A program made the translations under genes and the position numbers. Below are positions 13,408 through 27,187 of a stretch of DNA of 64,000 bases, one piece after another. Below the pieces are notes generated by a model. That model ran no database searches. It saw only the letters and a program-made list of their open reading frames with translations, and was not told where the DNA came from. The stretch comes from Mobula birostris (Eukaryota): NCBI RefSeq assembly GCF_030028105.1, contig NC_092374.1, positions 197,279,345 through 197,343,344 of the forward strand. The letters are read 5' to 3'. The stretch's first letter is position 1; every line of letters begins with the position of its first letter.

Positions 13408-14949
13408 CTACAGTCAACATCAACACCCCGTTCGTCGATGTGGCTTTTATAGGAACCCCAACCGATGCGCGTCTTGTGATTGGGCCCCTGATTGGCCCAA
13501 CCACTCAAATATTGCAACATATTTGAAAAAAACGAGAGAAATCTAACGTCGACAGAAAAACGCTAATAAAATCACAACACATTTCTGTATCACAAATTAG
13601 AATTATGTCGGCCGCTGGGCGTCAAATCAAAACATACTAAAAGGGAGTACTCGGTATGTCACGTAGCATCCGTGAAGGAATAACATTTCAAATGGCAGGT
13701 CTTCTGGCAAAACCATTTTATGCAATGACAAATGATTAATTAGTCTTTTAAGAGGGGCATTAAAGTAAGAGTGGCCATAAAATGACATTTCTACGACGTG
13801 GTTCAATCCGAAAACGCTTTGATAACATACAGATCACATAGACAGTCTTTTTCTAGGGGAGACCTTAGAACATAGAATATCAGAGGTGCAGATAGAGTTT
13901 ACCTTAGAAAATAGAACAGCACAGGGTCAGTCCATTGTGTTGTGCCGGAATAAAATAGTAATTAAATGCCTAACCCCTTCTGCTTAAACAAGTCCATAAC
14001 TCTCCATTCTCTGCATATTGATTTGCGTATCCTGGAGTCTTAAACACCTCTTTTATATTTGCCTCCGTCACCACCTTTGGCAGCGCGTTCCAAGCAGACA
14101 TCACTCTGTGAAAATATCTTTTGAATTCTGTTATCACTGCTGTCGTCAGGACATTAAAGCAAAAGCGGCAAATATTTAAGTATTTCCCTAACTGCCTTGC
14201 TTTTAAGGGGTGTATTTTTTCAGCCTAGGATTATATATTCGGTGCCCCGTGGCAGAGAGACGATTGTAACTGGAAACTGTCAACTTCAAACAGCAGCTCC
14301 CCTCCACAGCGCGCCGCCCCATTCAGCACTTTCCGATTTTACCACACAAGATGACAGCAGAATCACGCAATTCGGCTCATCCAATCTGCTCCACCATTCG
14401 ATAATGAAAGATTTATTTTCCCTCTCGTCTAAATTGATCAATCAGTCCCCAGGATCTGCTTCAGCGTTCTATGAAATTGTGGCTGTTTCGAAGTTAGCGA
14501 ATCAAAATACATCAGGCGCAATTTTATTGAATTCGCGTTAAATTGATCCCCGCTTTTGGATTTCTATTAACAGCCGAATCTTAAATCATGTCTCTGAATG
14601 AATCTACTGATCCTAAATGTCTATATTGCATTTTAAGATAGGCCCTTGGTTTTGATTCCTCCACTAGAGGAAATATCCTTTTAACTTGCCTAGCACTCTG
14701 AAAGACGTCCTTGAATCCATGTCAGAGTTCATATTTTTTCTTCAGATATAGGAACTATATGTGATTCTAAATACAGGCCCAAAACAGGGAAACCAATTGG
14801 CCAATGAAAGGTCAAAATCTAATTGATATTGTTCCAATTTCGAGGGATGTTGTTTTCCTTCATCTTCCACGTTACTTCACATGTACTTATTTTGAATTTA
14901 GAAAGCTTTAAACAGGAAAAACGGAAAACTCCTTTTGAATATATTTGGT

Positions 14950-14965
14950 GGCTCTTAAAAGAGCC
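14950..14965 (-). terminator. Histone 3' stem-loop of H2A
   Basis: GGCTCTTTTAAGAGCC then ACCAA on the minus strand, with a purine-rich downstream element. Confidence 0.95.
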
Positions 14966-14992
14966 TTTTGTCTTAATGTTTTTTTGCGTCTT

Positions 14993-15590
<598 letters not shown>

Positions 15591-16469
15591 CCGCTTGAGA
15601 CGATGCCTCTTTCTTCGGAGTGATGCTGTGTATCTTTCGTATTTCCAATTAAATTAGGTTGTTTTGCCGACCATCGGAGAACTCATGCATAATTGATTTC
15701 GACTTGTCTCTCTGAAATTATTTACAGAAATAATGCATTGCGGCAGTAATATATTTCCTGTGTAAAAAAAACTTGCCTCGCACATTTCCCTAAACTTAAC
15801 CCTCTCTCCTTCAAAGCATCACTGCTGGTATCAGACCTCTTGAATCGGGGAGTCTGCCCCATCTATGCCTCTGATAATTACTATCAGGTCTCGTGGGGAA
15901 GGACCCCGGTATATGGCTCTTCTCGTACTGGAGAAGGGGAGGGGAGCCCCTCAATGATTGTAGTATTTATTATAAAGCTGCAGCGTGCCGCATGAGTGGC
16001 AGCAGTGCTATCGATATATATGGATGCAACAAAGCAGTACAGAAAGTATTGACTATAAGTAATGAAAACACATCGAATGTTTTATTCTTGTAAATAATTT
16101 TATTATGAATAATACTTATTTTGACTTTAAAATTGCAATCAGGTCTTCACTCAGCCTCAGCCACTCCAGGGAAATCAATCTCTTCGCTTAGGACATGCAC
16201 TCCAATCCAGACCTGCATCCGGTAGACCTCTTCTGTCCCTTTCCACAGCTTTCATATAATGGGGCAGCCATCACTGAATTGGCAGTGAGTCTAAAATTTG
16301 AGGTTTCTAGTGTCATATAGCACAGAATTTGGTCAAATTTGTCCATTCTGGCACACCCAGGCTGATCCCATTTGCCCAAACTTCACCCACATCCCTCTAA
16401 CCCTAAGCATACACCTAGCCAGAGGGGAAAGATTGAAGGAGATCTCAGGGGCAGGCTTTTCACAAAGAG

Positions 16470-17300
16470 AGAAACATAGAAACATAGAAAACCTACAGCA
16501 CAACACAGGCCCTTCGGCCCACAAAGTTGTGCCGAACATGTCCCTACCTTAGAAATTACTAGGGTTACCTATAGCCCTCTATTTTCCTAAGCTCCATGTA
16601 CCTATCCAAAAGTCTCTTAAAAGACCCTATCGTCTCCGCCTCCACCACCGTTGCTGGCAGCCCATTCCACGCACTCACCACTCTCTGCATAAAAAAAACT
16701 TACCCCTGACATCTCAGTACCTACTCCCCAGCACCTTAAACCTGTGTCCTCTTGTGGCAGCCATTTCAGCCCTGGGGAAAAGCCTCTGGCTAGCCACACG
16801 ATCAATCCTTCTCTTATACACCTCTATCAGGTCGCTTCTCATCCTCCATCACTTCAAGGAGAAAAAGCCAAGTTCACTCAACCTTTTTTCATAAGGCATA
16901 CTCCCCAATACAGGCAACATCCTTGTAAATCTCTGCACCATTTCTATGGTTTCCACATCCTTCCTGTAGTGAGGCAACCAGAACTGAGCACAGTGCTCCA
17001 AGTGGGGTCTGACCAGGGTCCTATATAGCTGCAACATTACCTCTTGGCTCCTAAACTCAAATCCACGGTTGATGAAGGGCAATACACCGTACGCCTTCAT
17101 AACCACAGAGTCAACCTGCACAGCTGCTTTGAGCATCCTATGGACTCTGACCCCAAGATCCCTCTGATCCTCCACACTGCCAAGAATCTTACCATTAATA
17201 CTATATTCTGCCATCATATTTGACCTACCAAAATGAACCACCTCACACTTACCTGGGCTGAACTCCACCTGCCACTTCTCAGCCCAGTTTTGCATCCTTT
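16470..17300 (-). mobile_element. CR1/HER1 LINE 3' fragment
   Basis: ORF 16849-17391 has LVRPHLEHCAQFW. The 3' UTR and tail match those of the element at 1-2305. Confidence 0.92.
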
Positions 17301-18152
17301 TGCATCCAGAAGATGTTAGAAGGAAAGAAAGCTTAACTTTATTTGTCACATTTACATCGAAGCATTCAGTGAAGTGCATTGTTTCCATCAATTCGGATCA
17401 GTGAGGATTGTGCTGGGCAGCCCACAGGCAACATCCATCATTGAAAATCCCCCCCATCCAGGCCGCCGTTTCCTCACAGTGACTATCAGGCAGAAGGCAC
17501 AGAAGCCCGAAGTCCCACACCACCAGGTTCAGGAATATCTACTTCCCTTCAACCATTTAGTTCTTGAACCAACTGATACAACCTGAATCATCCTATCATT
17601 CAGCAACACCTTGATCACTTTTATCACTTTTGTTATTGATCTAATTGTGTTTTATTTCTTGTAAGATTTCTGTACAATTATTCATGCTTTTCTTGTGAAT
17701 GTCCACGAGAAAATGAACCTCAGGGTTGTTTGTGATGACATATATGTACTTTGAGAATAAACTGCACTCTGAACTTTGAATGCTGGTTATATAATTCAAT
17801 GTGCCTGTGATGTTGCTGCAAGTAAGATTTTCATTTCACCTGTGCAGACATACACATGGCAATAAATTAGACTTGGCGTTGGCTTTGGGAAGGCAGGACA
17901 GAATACCACTATATTCTAGCAAGTAGCGTTAAAATAGACGGCAGGGTCTTAGAGTGTAATTGTGGATCCTTTTATATACAGGTGAAATTTCTATAATGGA
18001 AAATAAGAAAATTGAAGAGGAATTAACTAACTACTTAGTCTCGGCATCACAGAAGAAAATGGATCGCGCCAGGTCAACTCAAGGTCCAACCAGGTTCATC
18101 CTTTACATCTTTCTTATGATCATAAGATGCCGCTGGATATTGAGATGTTTCT

Positions 18153-18698
18153 NNNNNNNNNNNNNNNNNNNNNNNNNNNNNNNNNNNNNNNNNNNNNNNN
18201 NNNNNNNNNNNNNNNNNNNNNNNNNNNNNNNNNNNNNNNNNNNNNNNNNNNNNNNNNNNNNNNNNNNNNNNNNNNNNNNNNNNNNNNNNNNNNNNNNNNN
18301 NNNNNNNNNNNNNNNNNNNNNNNNNNNNNNNNNNNNNNNNNNNNNNNNNNNNNNNNNNNNNNNNNNNNNNNNNNNNNNNNNNNNNNNNNNNNNNNNNNNN
18401 NNNNNNNNNNNNNNNNNNNNNNNNNNNNNNNNNNNNNNNNNNNNNNNNNNNNNNNNNNNNNNNNNNNNNNNNNNNNNNNNNNNNNNNNNNNNNNNNNNNN
18501 NNNNNNNNNNNNNNNNNNNNNNNNNNNNNNNNNNNNNNNNNNNNNNNNNNNNNNNNNNNNNNNNNNNNNNNNNNNNNNNNNNNNNNNNNNNNNNNNNNNN
18601 NNNNNNNNNNNNNNNNNNNNNNNNNNNNNNNNNNNNNNNNNNNNNNNNNNNNNNNNNNNNNNNNNNNNNNNNNNNNNNNNNNNNNNNNNNNNNNNNNN
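18153..18698. other. Assembly gap (546 N)
   Basis: N run. Confidence 1.
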
Positions 18699-19069
18699 TT
18701 GCACCTAGGCTCCAGCTGTTTCGTTTGGCTGTATTCATGTGATAGCTGAATGACAATCGAAGTTGAACTTGAATAAAAAAAGAAATACTGGAGATCAAGG
18801 GTCTGACCAGTGTGGGGAAATGCAGAACTTAGTATTAGTTTAAAAACAGGACTGGCAAAGTTGACAAGTCAAAATGTTGAAGAATTGCAAAGGACCTGAC
18901 AATCTGCAGTTCACACTTTTGTGACTTGGCTGTTGAAGTATCTTCCAAAATCCGATAGATGCTGAAGTTATCCCTGTTAATTTGAGGATAGCAAATATGA
19001 CCCCACTATTTAACACAGGGGTGGGGTGGGGGAAGAAGGATGACAGGGAACTATTTACCTCTTCGTCCG

Positions 19070-19252
19070 CACACACAAAATACTCTGCAGATGCTGGGGT
19101 CAAAGCAACACTCACAACAAGCTGGAGGAACTCAGCAGGTCGGGCAGCATCAGTCCTGACGAAGGGTTCCGGCCTGAAACGTCGACCAATCGTTTCCACG
19201 GATGCTGCCCGACCTGCTGAGTTCCTCCAGCGTGTTGTGAGTGTTGCTTTGA
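19070..19252. mobile_element. Penelope-derived fold-back insertion with hammerhead motif (19152-19186, +)
   Basis: Inverted repeat containing AGTC-CTGACGA-AGGGTTCCGGCCT-GAAACGTC-GAC. An approximately 11-bp TSD CTCTTC(G/A)TCCG flanks it. Confidence 0.8.
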
Positions 19253-19844
19253 CTCTTCATCCGGTGTGTTCACCAGTCTCCAGTGCGGGACTTCACTGAG
19301 AGCCTTCCACAAACAAAAGCATCGGTTCCTCCTAATCTTTCTACTAATCACAACCTCAAAGAACTCCAATTAGTCAAGCATGATTTTCCTTCTTAAGTGC
19401 ATGCTGCCTCTCCTGTTCCATTATTCACATTGTGTTCTGCAATTTCATTCTTTCGTTAGATTCCAGTTTTATGAGATGGGAGGGAGTCAAAGAAAACTAA
19501 AGGGAAAAAGATGTTGACGGAAGTCACTTTATATATTTGATCCATCATGAATACTTAAGGAATTGTACTTAATCAGTGGATCCCTAGGTAAGATCTGTAG
19601 AGGATGATGGTAAACTTTTGAAAGATTTCATCCCTTAAGCAATGTTGTCTAAAAAGAGATAATTTTCCAGTCAGGAGCTTAAACAAATGTAACTATTTTA
19701 TTGTAAAAATCAGAATTAGAGCAAATCCACATGGGGTTAAAGTGGTTAAATGGTCTGAACAGAGTTCAAACCAATCTAGTAAGTTTTATCCATATCCATA
19801 TTGTCGCCAACAAAAACAGAAGCGTAAGTCTTTTCTCATTAAGT

Positions 19845-19860
19845 GGCCCTGAAAAGAGCC
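19845..19860 (-). terminator. Histone 3' stem-loop of divergent H2B
   Basis: GGCTCTTTTCAGGGCC on the minus strand. Confidence 0.92.
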
Positions 19861-19889
19861 GTTGGATTAAGTAGCATGAAACAGAGGAT

Positions 19890-20261
19890 TTATTTGCAGC
19901 TCATGTACGTTGTAACTGCCTTTGTTTCTTCGGGGATGGCGTGCTTCTCCCGCAGCAGCAGGCGGACGGTGGTCTGGATTTCCCGGAATGAAATGGTGTG
20001 CCGTTTGCTATATCGGACGAGGTGGGAAGCCTCACAGGCGATGCACTCGAAGATGTCATTGACAAATGAGTTAATGATGCTCATGGCCGAAGAAGAAATG
20101 CCTGTGCCCGGGTGAACCTGCTTCAATACTTTGTAGATGTAGATGCTGTAACTCTGTTTCCTCGCCATTTTACGTTTCTTTTCACCTTTCATTCGCTTTT
20201 TAGTGGCTGCTCTCTTTGGCCCCTTTTTAAGCGCTACACCCTCAGAGCTCACTTCAGGCAT
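19890..20261 (-). pseudogene. H2B: Divergent H2B with open ORF (123 aa), probably non-functional
   Basis: MPEVSS...[15 protein letters not shown] is H2B. It has a 3-aa deletion in [10 protein letters not shown], many CpG-type changes, and a promoter displaced by a LINE. Confidence 0.75.
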
Positions 20262-20287
20262 TATCAGAGATATTAATTGTGAGGAAA

Positions 20288-22869
20288 CTTCTTCTTCTTT
20301 TATGGCGGTTGGCACCCAGCTTAATGGTGCATTACCGCCACCTTCTGCTCCGGTGTGTGCAATAGACTTATATTCTAAATCCCTTTACCAAATCACACAC
20401 ACACACACATACCCTAACCTACGCCTTATCCTTCCATCTTTGACCATCCTAGTACCCTATTCCTGTTTATCCGTCATATCCTATAAAAAAATCCCTGTAC
20501 CCCTTAAGAAAGCTAAAAATACCCCAACTTTTGCTCTCTCACTCATGCCCAGCAACCCTTTTAATGTGAATTCCTGCATCCCCAACTCCCTGAGATTGAT
20601 TATCATCATCTCTCTCTGTATCCCATACTTTCTGCAACTCAGAACTACATGTTCTACTGACTCCTCTTCCTGACATTCCTCACACAATCCTGTCTGGTGT
20701 TTCCCTATCATTTTCAATGTTTTGTTTAATGCACAGTGCCCCAGCCTTAACCTAGTCCACACAGTTTCCTCTCTTCTGTATCCACTACCTACCCTAGTAC
20801 CTTCAACATTCTTTTGTATTTGATATAAATGCCTCCCTTTCCCCTCCCTGTCCCATCTTTCTTGCCACATTTGGTTGATTTTTTCCCAGATTACACACTT
20901 AACCCCTGCTTTACTGATACTAATGTGCATTTCCACATTTTCTTTCTTTAACGTCCTCTTTGCTACCTAATCCACTCTCTCATTCCCCTTCACCCCTACG
21001 TGTGCTGGAACCCATAGAAATTTTACCTGACCTCCCTGATTTGTAATTCTTGTGACTGACTGAAGGACTTCATAAAGTACATCTTGCCGACTGTTTGAGT
21101 GAAAAGACCTTAAACTTGCTAGGACTGAGGATGAATCTGAACATATCAACACTTTGACTTGTCTAGCTTTCTCCACCCATCGCAACGCAGCCAACACTGC
21201 CAGCATCTCCACTGTAAACACCCCTAATTTATTAGGTGTTCTTCTGCTGATTCCAATTTCTTTTGCTGATATAGCCACCCAAAACCATGTCACTCCTGTT
21301 TCAGGTTCCTTCGCACCATCCATATAAATGTGAATATAATCACTATACTTATCCATCACATGACAGTTAAATGCACTTACCAAATCAGTTTCATATTTTC
21401 CTTTCCTTTTTACCTCTAACAAATGCCAGTCTATGTCAGGCCATACAAGCTTCCATGGAGCTACAACCGGATAAACTACTGAAGGACTTATCCTCAGATC
21501 AAACACTCCACATTCTTTAGCAATATCATTCCCTACCCGACTTAAGTTATCCCTTTGAAACCTCCCATTATCCCAGCACTCCTGCAACACTCCTTTTGCA
21601 GGGTGAGAATCATTGTATCCCTGCAAATTCGCCCAGTAGTTTGCCATCAATTGCATCCTTCTTAGTTCCAAAGGCATTACTCCCATTTCTACCTGTAGGG
21701 CTGACACTGGTGACGTTTTAAAAGCCCCACTGCACACTCTCAAAGCCTGAGCCTGAATTACATCCAGTTTCCTTTTAAGAGACCTAGCTGCTGATCCATA
21801 TACTATATTTCCATAATCCAATACAGATCTCACTAAAGCCACATACATTCTCTTCAACGCTGAACAACTTGCTCCCCATTCCCTCCCGGTCAAACATCTC
21901 ATCATATTTATTACTTTTTTACATTTCTCCTCAACTTTCCTGATATGGTCTGCCCATGTTAATCGTGAATCAAATACAACTCCCAGAAATTTTCTAATTC
22001 AATCCCATACATCTTTAACATCTTTAACTTCTTCCCTACCTCAATTCTTTTCCTGGCGAAAAATACAGTTTGAGTTTTTTTCTACCGAAAATCTACATCC
22101 CCAATCATAACCCCACTCCACCACTTCATCAATTTCTCCTTGTAGTTTCCTGATTATATGGTCCATGTTCCTGCCTCTTTTCCACAAGGTCCCATCATCC
22201 GCAAACAGTGACCTACCTATATCCACTGGTACCTTTGTGAAGACATCATTGATCATAATGATGAAAAGTATCGGGCTAATCACACTACCTTGAGGTGTGC
22301 CATTTTCCACTATGTACTGTTTTGATAATTCTGATCCGATCTGAACTTGAATTTTTCTACCAAACAAAAAATCTTTAATCCAATTAAAAACTCTCCCACC
22401 AACCCCCGTCTTGTGCAGTTTAATTAATAATCCACATCATATCATAGGCGTTTTCAATGTCAAAGAACACTGCCACTACTGACTCTCTATTTGCCTGGGC
22501 CTTCCTTATTTCAGTCTCTAACATAATCACTGAGTCCATGGAATTCCTTCCCTTTCTAAAACCACTCTGGTAATTTGCCAGCATTCCCCTTTACTCAAGC
22601 TCATTCGATAACCTTTCTGTTATCATCCTTTCCATTATCTTACATATATTTGATGTTAATGCAATTGGTCTGTAGCTCGTGGGTTTTGATGGATCTTTGC
22701 TAGGCTTCCTTATTGGAATTACTACTGCTTCTTTCCATGCACTTGGTAATCTTCCCTCCTCCCACACTCTGTTATAAAAATGCAGCAACTTCAAGAGCAC
22801 TCCTTCTCCTAGATTTTTTTTAGCATCACAGAGCATATCAGATCTTTCCCTGGGGAGGTTGGTCTCGAC
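20288..22869 (-). mobile_element. 5'-truncated RNase H-containing LINE (I group, Nimb/Ingi-like)
   Basis: RT motifs YRPIALTS, GTPQGSVISP and LFADD; RNase H motifs CSDS and WVPAHVGVKGNE; CCHC knuckle CEEC..HV..C. The 3' end has a GGCGGT..CCGCC hairpin and a (GAA)n tail. Confidence 0.92.
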
Positions 22870-23045
22870 CTCTCGCGGGAGCTCCTTTTATTAGTTCACC
22901 ATATGCAAATTAGGAATAGGAAAGTGAAGGATTTCTATTGGTTCCTGGCTCCTGTTTTGTCGCAGCCATTGACAGTTGGGAAACAATTGGTGCCAATTGG
23001 CCAATCAGGGTCAACGAATGTTTTTTTTCTCTATTTAAATAACTT
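22870..23045 (-). promoter_or_regulatory. Displaced H2B promoter
   Basis: On the minus strand: CCAAT 22937-22941, octamer 22903-22910 and TATA-like AATAAAAG 22885-22892. Opposite-facing CCAAT boxes lie at about 22985-23006. Confidence 0.75.
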
Positions 23046-24502
23046 TATTTTGTAATATTTTTGAATAAAGTATATTTTTGGGGAAAAAAATTTTAATTAT
23101 TCAGTGGAATTTTCTAGCACAAGGTGCAGTTTATTTTGCACTATTATCCAGAACTAACAGGTGCTTACATGTCTTCCTATGAATGGCAGTTTTTAAAGAC
23201 TATATAGTTAATTCAAGCATCAATCTCTAACAGCTGGCCTTTCTTAACTGTGTTTTGCTTTGATCTAACAGTTACAGCATTTTTTTTCTCATCTATTTCC
23301 ATTCACCTGGTTCAATATACATCTCCACACAGATGAGCTGCAACATACAAACCTCTAGCTCCTTCTATCTGGCAGAAGTTTAAAAGACAGACTTTCTTTT
23401 TAATCACTTTTCCCTCTAAGGTGCGCAGAGGCAGGGCCGCATAGTAACTGAAATTCTCCCGCATACAAAGACTTTGTTGCTGCACAGCTGGAATTGGACG
23501 CTGCTAGAACAATTTTAAGAAACATGAAAGATTTTCTTTATTGTACTTAATTTCATTATGCCCTACATATTAAATAAATAAAACTAAAATATGCCATCTT
23601 TCAATCTTCATTCTAAATATTCAGAGTATGCATATTGTAAAAAAATACAAAGGCTGAACCAAAGTATGTATGTAGAATACAAACTCTGAGATTCATCTTC
23701 TCCAAATAGCCATAAAATACAGAAATCCATAGAAGCAGTTGAAAGAAAGATATTAATTTTCCTCCAAAAGAAAGAAAAAGAAACACAAACTCGCAAACAC
23801 CAAACCACCCCAACCCCTCCCTCGCACAAAGACTAACAGATCGCCCACATGGAAAAACAACAACAACAACAAACCCCAAACCCCCAGCCTGCCAAGCGAG
23901 AGCATTGACTTGAACCAGCAGCCCCAGCAGGGGCAGCGACTCGAACCAGCGGCTGCTCCAAGGTCAGCAAGTCTCTCCATGCCATTTTCAGGCTATGTAC
24001 AAAATTCCTGCTCAGACAATGGTTGGTCCATGCAGCTGTGTTAAAAATAAAATCACTGGAACATTGTTGTAGACAGCCCCCTTGTTCGCTCCACCTCCAC
24101 CACTTCTCTTCAATTTAAAACAGCTTTGATTTCAAACCCTTCCTCCTTCCGATGAAAGAAATCAACCTAATTTTTATGTCTCCACAAATATGGTCTGACC
24201 TGCTCCATATTCTCAGCATTTTTGGATCTTCCAGCTTCTGCAGATTTTATTTTTGTTCATTAGTTGTATTGGTTTGCTTCACTATCACAAAGCCAAGTAC
24301 TAAAAGTTTTTCAAATTTCCTGTGGACATTAGTATTCCATCTCAGAATCAGAATCAGGTTTAATATCACGGGCATGTGTTGTGTTTTTTTTTTGTTTCGC
24401 AGCAGTACATTGCAATACACAAAAACTATAAATTACAGTTATTTTATATATATATATAATTAATTAATTAAGTAGTGCAAAAAGGGAGGGCTGTGTACAT
24501 AC

Positions 24503-25100
24503 ATCTATTGATGCTTCTGGACACATCTTCAGTGATGTTCCTGGAATCATCGGGTGTTTCGGGTCTTTCAACATCATACAACCTCCTCCAGGTGACCCAG
24601 CCGGGGCTGATCAGACCCCAGCTTGTGTCCAGATGGCTAGCTACTTATGACTCCATGGCTCCCCTCTTTTGAGCCACAGCCATCTTGAGGCCCTCTCTGC
24701 TGCATCAGTGGTACTGCGAATGGCTCTCCTCTTCCTCTCTCCCTCGATGCCCAAAATGCTGAAGGCTCTAACTAAAGTACGGGCTACGAATCCCCTACAA
24801 CCAGCCTCCACTGGGACAATAATTGTTGTCATGGCTTGCAGCTTCCTGTCAACCCCTCCCTTCGCTGTTGCCTCCAGAATTTGGTTAACATCTTCATCAA
24901 ACTGCTTCCACAGTGAAGTCATGTTAGCTGCAGGCCATTTGATCCGCCTCCTGTAAGACTTCATGTTAGCGGGATTAGTTTGCAACACTTGGAGGTTCCG
25001 GACGCTATGGGGTGACTCCGGGCCTGGCCCCTCCTTCGGCTCACCAGGTTGGATTTCTGCGCGTTGTGCTGCTCCTGCTCCCGCCAGACACTTCGAGGGG
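24503..25100 (-). mobile_element. Internally deleted RLE-type non-LTR element (HERO/NeSL-like), nested in an L2 fragment
   Basis: ORF 24641-25141 joins the N-terminal RRIKWPAAN..WKQFDED segment to the C-terminal PVEAGCRGF..AAERASRWLWLKR segment. Confidence 0.65.
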
Positions 25101-25835
25101 AAAATATTCAGGTAATGTTCAATGGTGTGTTTATTGTCCATTCAGAGATCTGATGGCAGAGGGGAAGAAGCTGATGTTGAAACATCTAGTGTATCTTCAG
25201 CCTCCGAAGACTCCTCCTTGACTGTAGCAATGAGAACAAGGCACGTCCTGGGTGATGGGGGTCCTTAATGGATGCCGTCTTTTTGAGGCATCACGTTTTG
25301 AAGGTGGGGAGGCGAGTGCCCACAATAGAGCTGGTACAGTTTACAACTCTCTGCAGCTTTTTCCGGTCCTGTGCGGTGGCCCCTCCACACCCGACAGTGA
25401 TGCAACCAGTAAGACTGCTCTCCATGGTTACAGCTGTAGAAATTTGATACTAAATTATTAAATTATATAGAAAGAACGTTATCAAATTGGCCGCCCCTTT
25501 CGTTATCATTGATTGGTCGAATTAATTCTATTAAAATGAATGTTTTACCTAAATTTAAATACCTCTTTCAGGCTTTTCCCGTTTTTATTCCTAAATCCTT
25601 TTTTGACTCTCTGGACTCTATTTTATCCTCCTACGTATGAAAAAATAAACGTCCTCGATTGAATAAAGTCCATTTCCAGAAAGTTAAAAAGAATAGAGGT
25701 TTAGTTTTACCAAATTTTAAGTTTTATTACTGGGCAGCTAATATACGGAATCTCACATTTTAGTTATACTATATTAATCATGAGGACTGTCCCGGGCGGG
25801 TTTCTTTAGAAGCAAACTCAGTTAATAAATTTTCT

Positions 25836-26371
25836 GTACTGTAAAGATGAAGCCACACTCAGGTTGGAGGAACAACACCTTATATTCCGTCTGGGTAGCC
25901 TCCAACCTGATGGCATGAACATCGACTTCTCTAACTTCCGCTAGGCCCCACCTCTCCCTCATACCCCATCTGTTACTTATTTTTATGCACACATTCTTTC
26001 TCTCACTCTCCTTTTTCTCCCTCTGTCCCTCTGAATATACCTCTTGCCCATCCTCTGGGTCCCCCCCCCTTGTCTTTCTTCCCGGACCTCCTGTCCCATG
26101 ATCCTCTCGTATCCCCTTTTGCCTATCACCTGTCCAGCTCTTGGCTCTATCCCTCCCTCTCCTGTCTTCTCCTATCATTTTGGATCTCCCCCTCCCCCTC
26201 CAACTCTCAAATCCCTTACTCACTCTTCCTTCAGTTAGTCCTGACGAATGGTCTCGGCCTGAAACGTCGACTGTACCTCTTCCTAGAGATGCTGCCTGGC
26301 CTGCTGCGTTCACCAGCAACTTTGATGTGTGTTGCTTGAATTTCCAGCATCTGCAGAATTCCTGTTGTTTG
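25836..26371 (+). mobile_element. Penelope-like element 3' fragment (GIY-YIG end plus pLTR with hammerhead motif 26237-26272)
   Basis: DEATLRLEEQHLIFRLGSLQPDGMNIDFSNFR* is followed by the pLTR. A 13-bp TSD TAATAAATTTTCT is at 25823-25835 and 26372-26384. Confidence 0.88.
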
Positions 26372-26917
26372 TAATAAATTTTCTATTATCTCTCTTTTGG
26401 GATCTTCACTTCCTTTTTCCTTAAGCAAGATAACTGAAAATCTGGTAGTCAAACGTACTTTGAGGATTTGGATACAATTTAGAAAACACTTTGGTTTATT
26501 GAGAGTCTCCCTTTCTAGTCCCATTTTTTAAAATAATCTTTTTAAGCCTTCTATGACTGATGTAGTTTTTAAACAATGGGATGGATTGGGCATTACATGT
26601 TTCCAGGATCTGTATGTGGAGGAAGTCTTTCTTCGTTCGAACAATTGTCAACTAAATATAGTTTACCAAAAACCCATTTTTTTGGTACTTACAAATTAGA
26701 GATTTTCTGCGATCTCAATTATATACATTTCCTAATAGTCCTGATAAGAACGCATTAGATGAAATTCTTAATATGAAATCATTTTATAATGATATGTTGT
26801 TGTAGATGAGAAATGATTCTTTAGACAAAATCAAAAATCTTTGGGAACAAGATTTATAGACTTCAATTTCTGAAGAAACTTGGAATGAGATTTTTAAATT
26901 GGTTAATATTTCATCAT

Positions 26918-27187
26918 AAACAACAGGAATTCTGCAGATGCTGAAAATTCAAGCAACACACATCAAAGTTGCTGGTGAACACAGCAGGCCAGGCAGCATC
27001 TCTAGGAAGAGGTACAGTCGACGTTTCGGGCCAAGACCCTTCGTCAGGACTAACTGAAAGAAGAGTTAGTAAGAGATTTACACTTTCAAATCTTTTACTA
27101 ACTCTTCCTTCAGTTAGTCCTGACGAAGGGTCTCGGCCTGAAATGTCAACTGTACCTCTTCCTAGAGGTGCTGCCTGGCCTGCTACC
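26918..27187. mobile_element. Penelope-derived fold-back insertion with two opposed hammerhead motifs
   Basis: Inverted arms with motifs at 27016-27051 (-) and 27116-27151 (+). A 14-bp TSD TAATAT(T/C)TCATCAT flanks it. Confidence 0.85.

Noticed and set aside
17960-18798. Long ORFs of 190-260 aa
   Set aside because: Artefacts of translating the N gap.
20262-20315. 18-aa N-terminal extension of H2B in the ORF track (also 15383-15415 for H2A and 9084-9125 for H1)
   Set aside because: These begin at non-ATG codons in the LINE tail or 5' UTR; the true starts are the downstream ATGs.
23400-23520. CTGGAATTGGACGCTGCTAGAACAA resembling H2[12 protein letters not shown] behind the orphan promoter
   Set aside because: The match is short, and the segment starts with a TTCCCTCTAAGGTGCGC sequence that looks more like a DNA transposon end.
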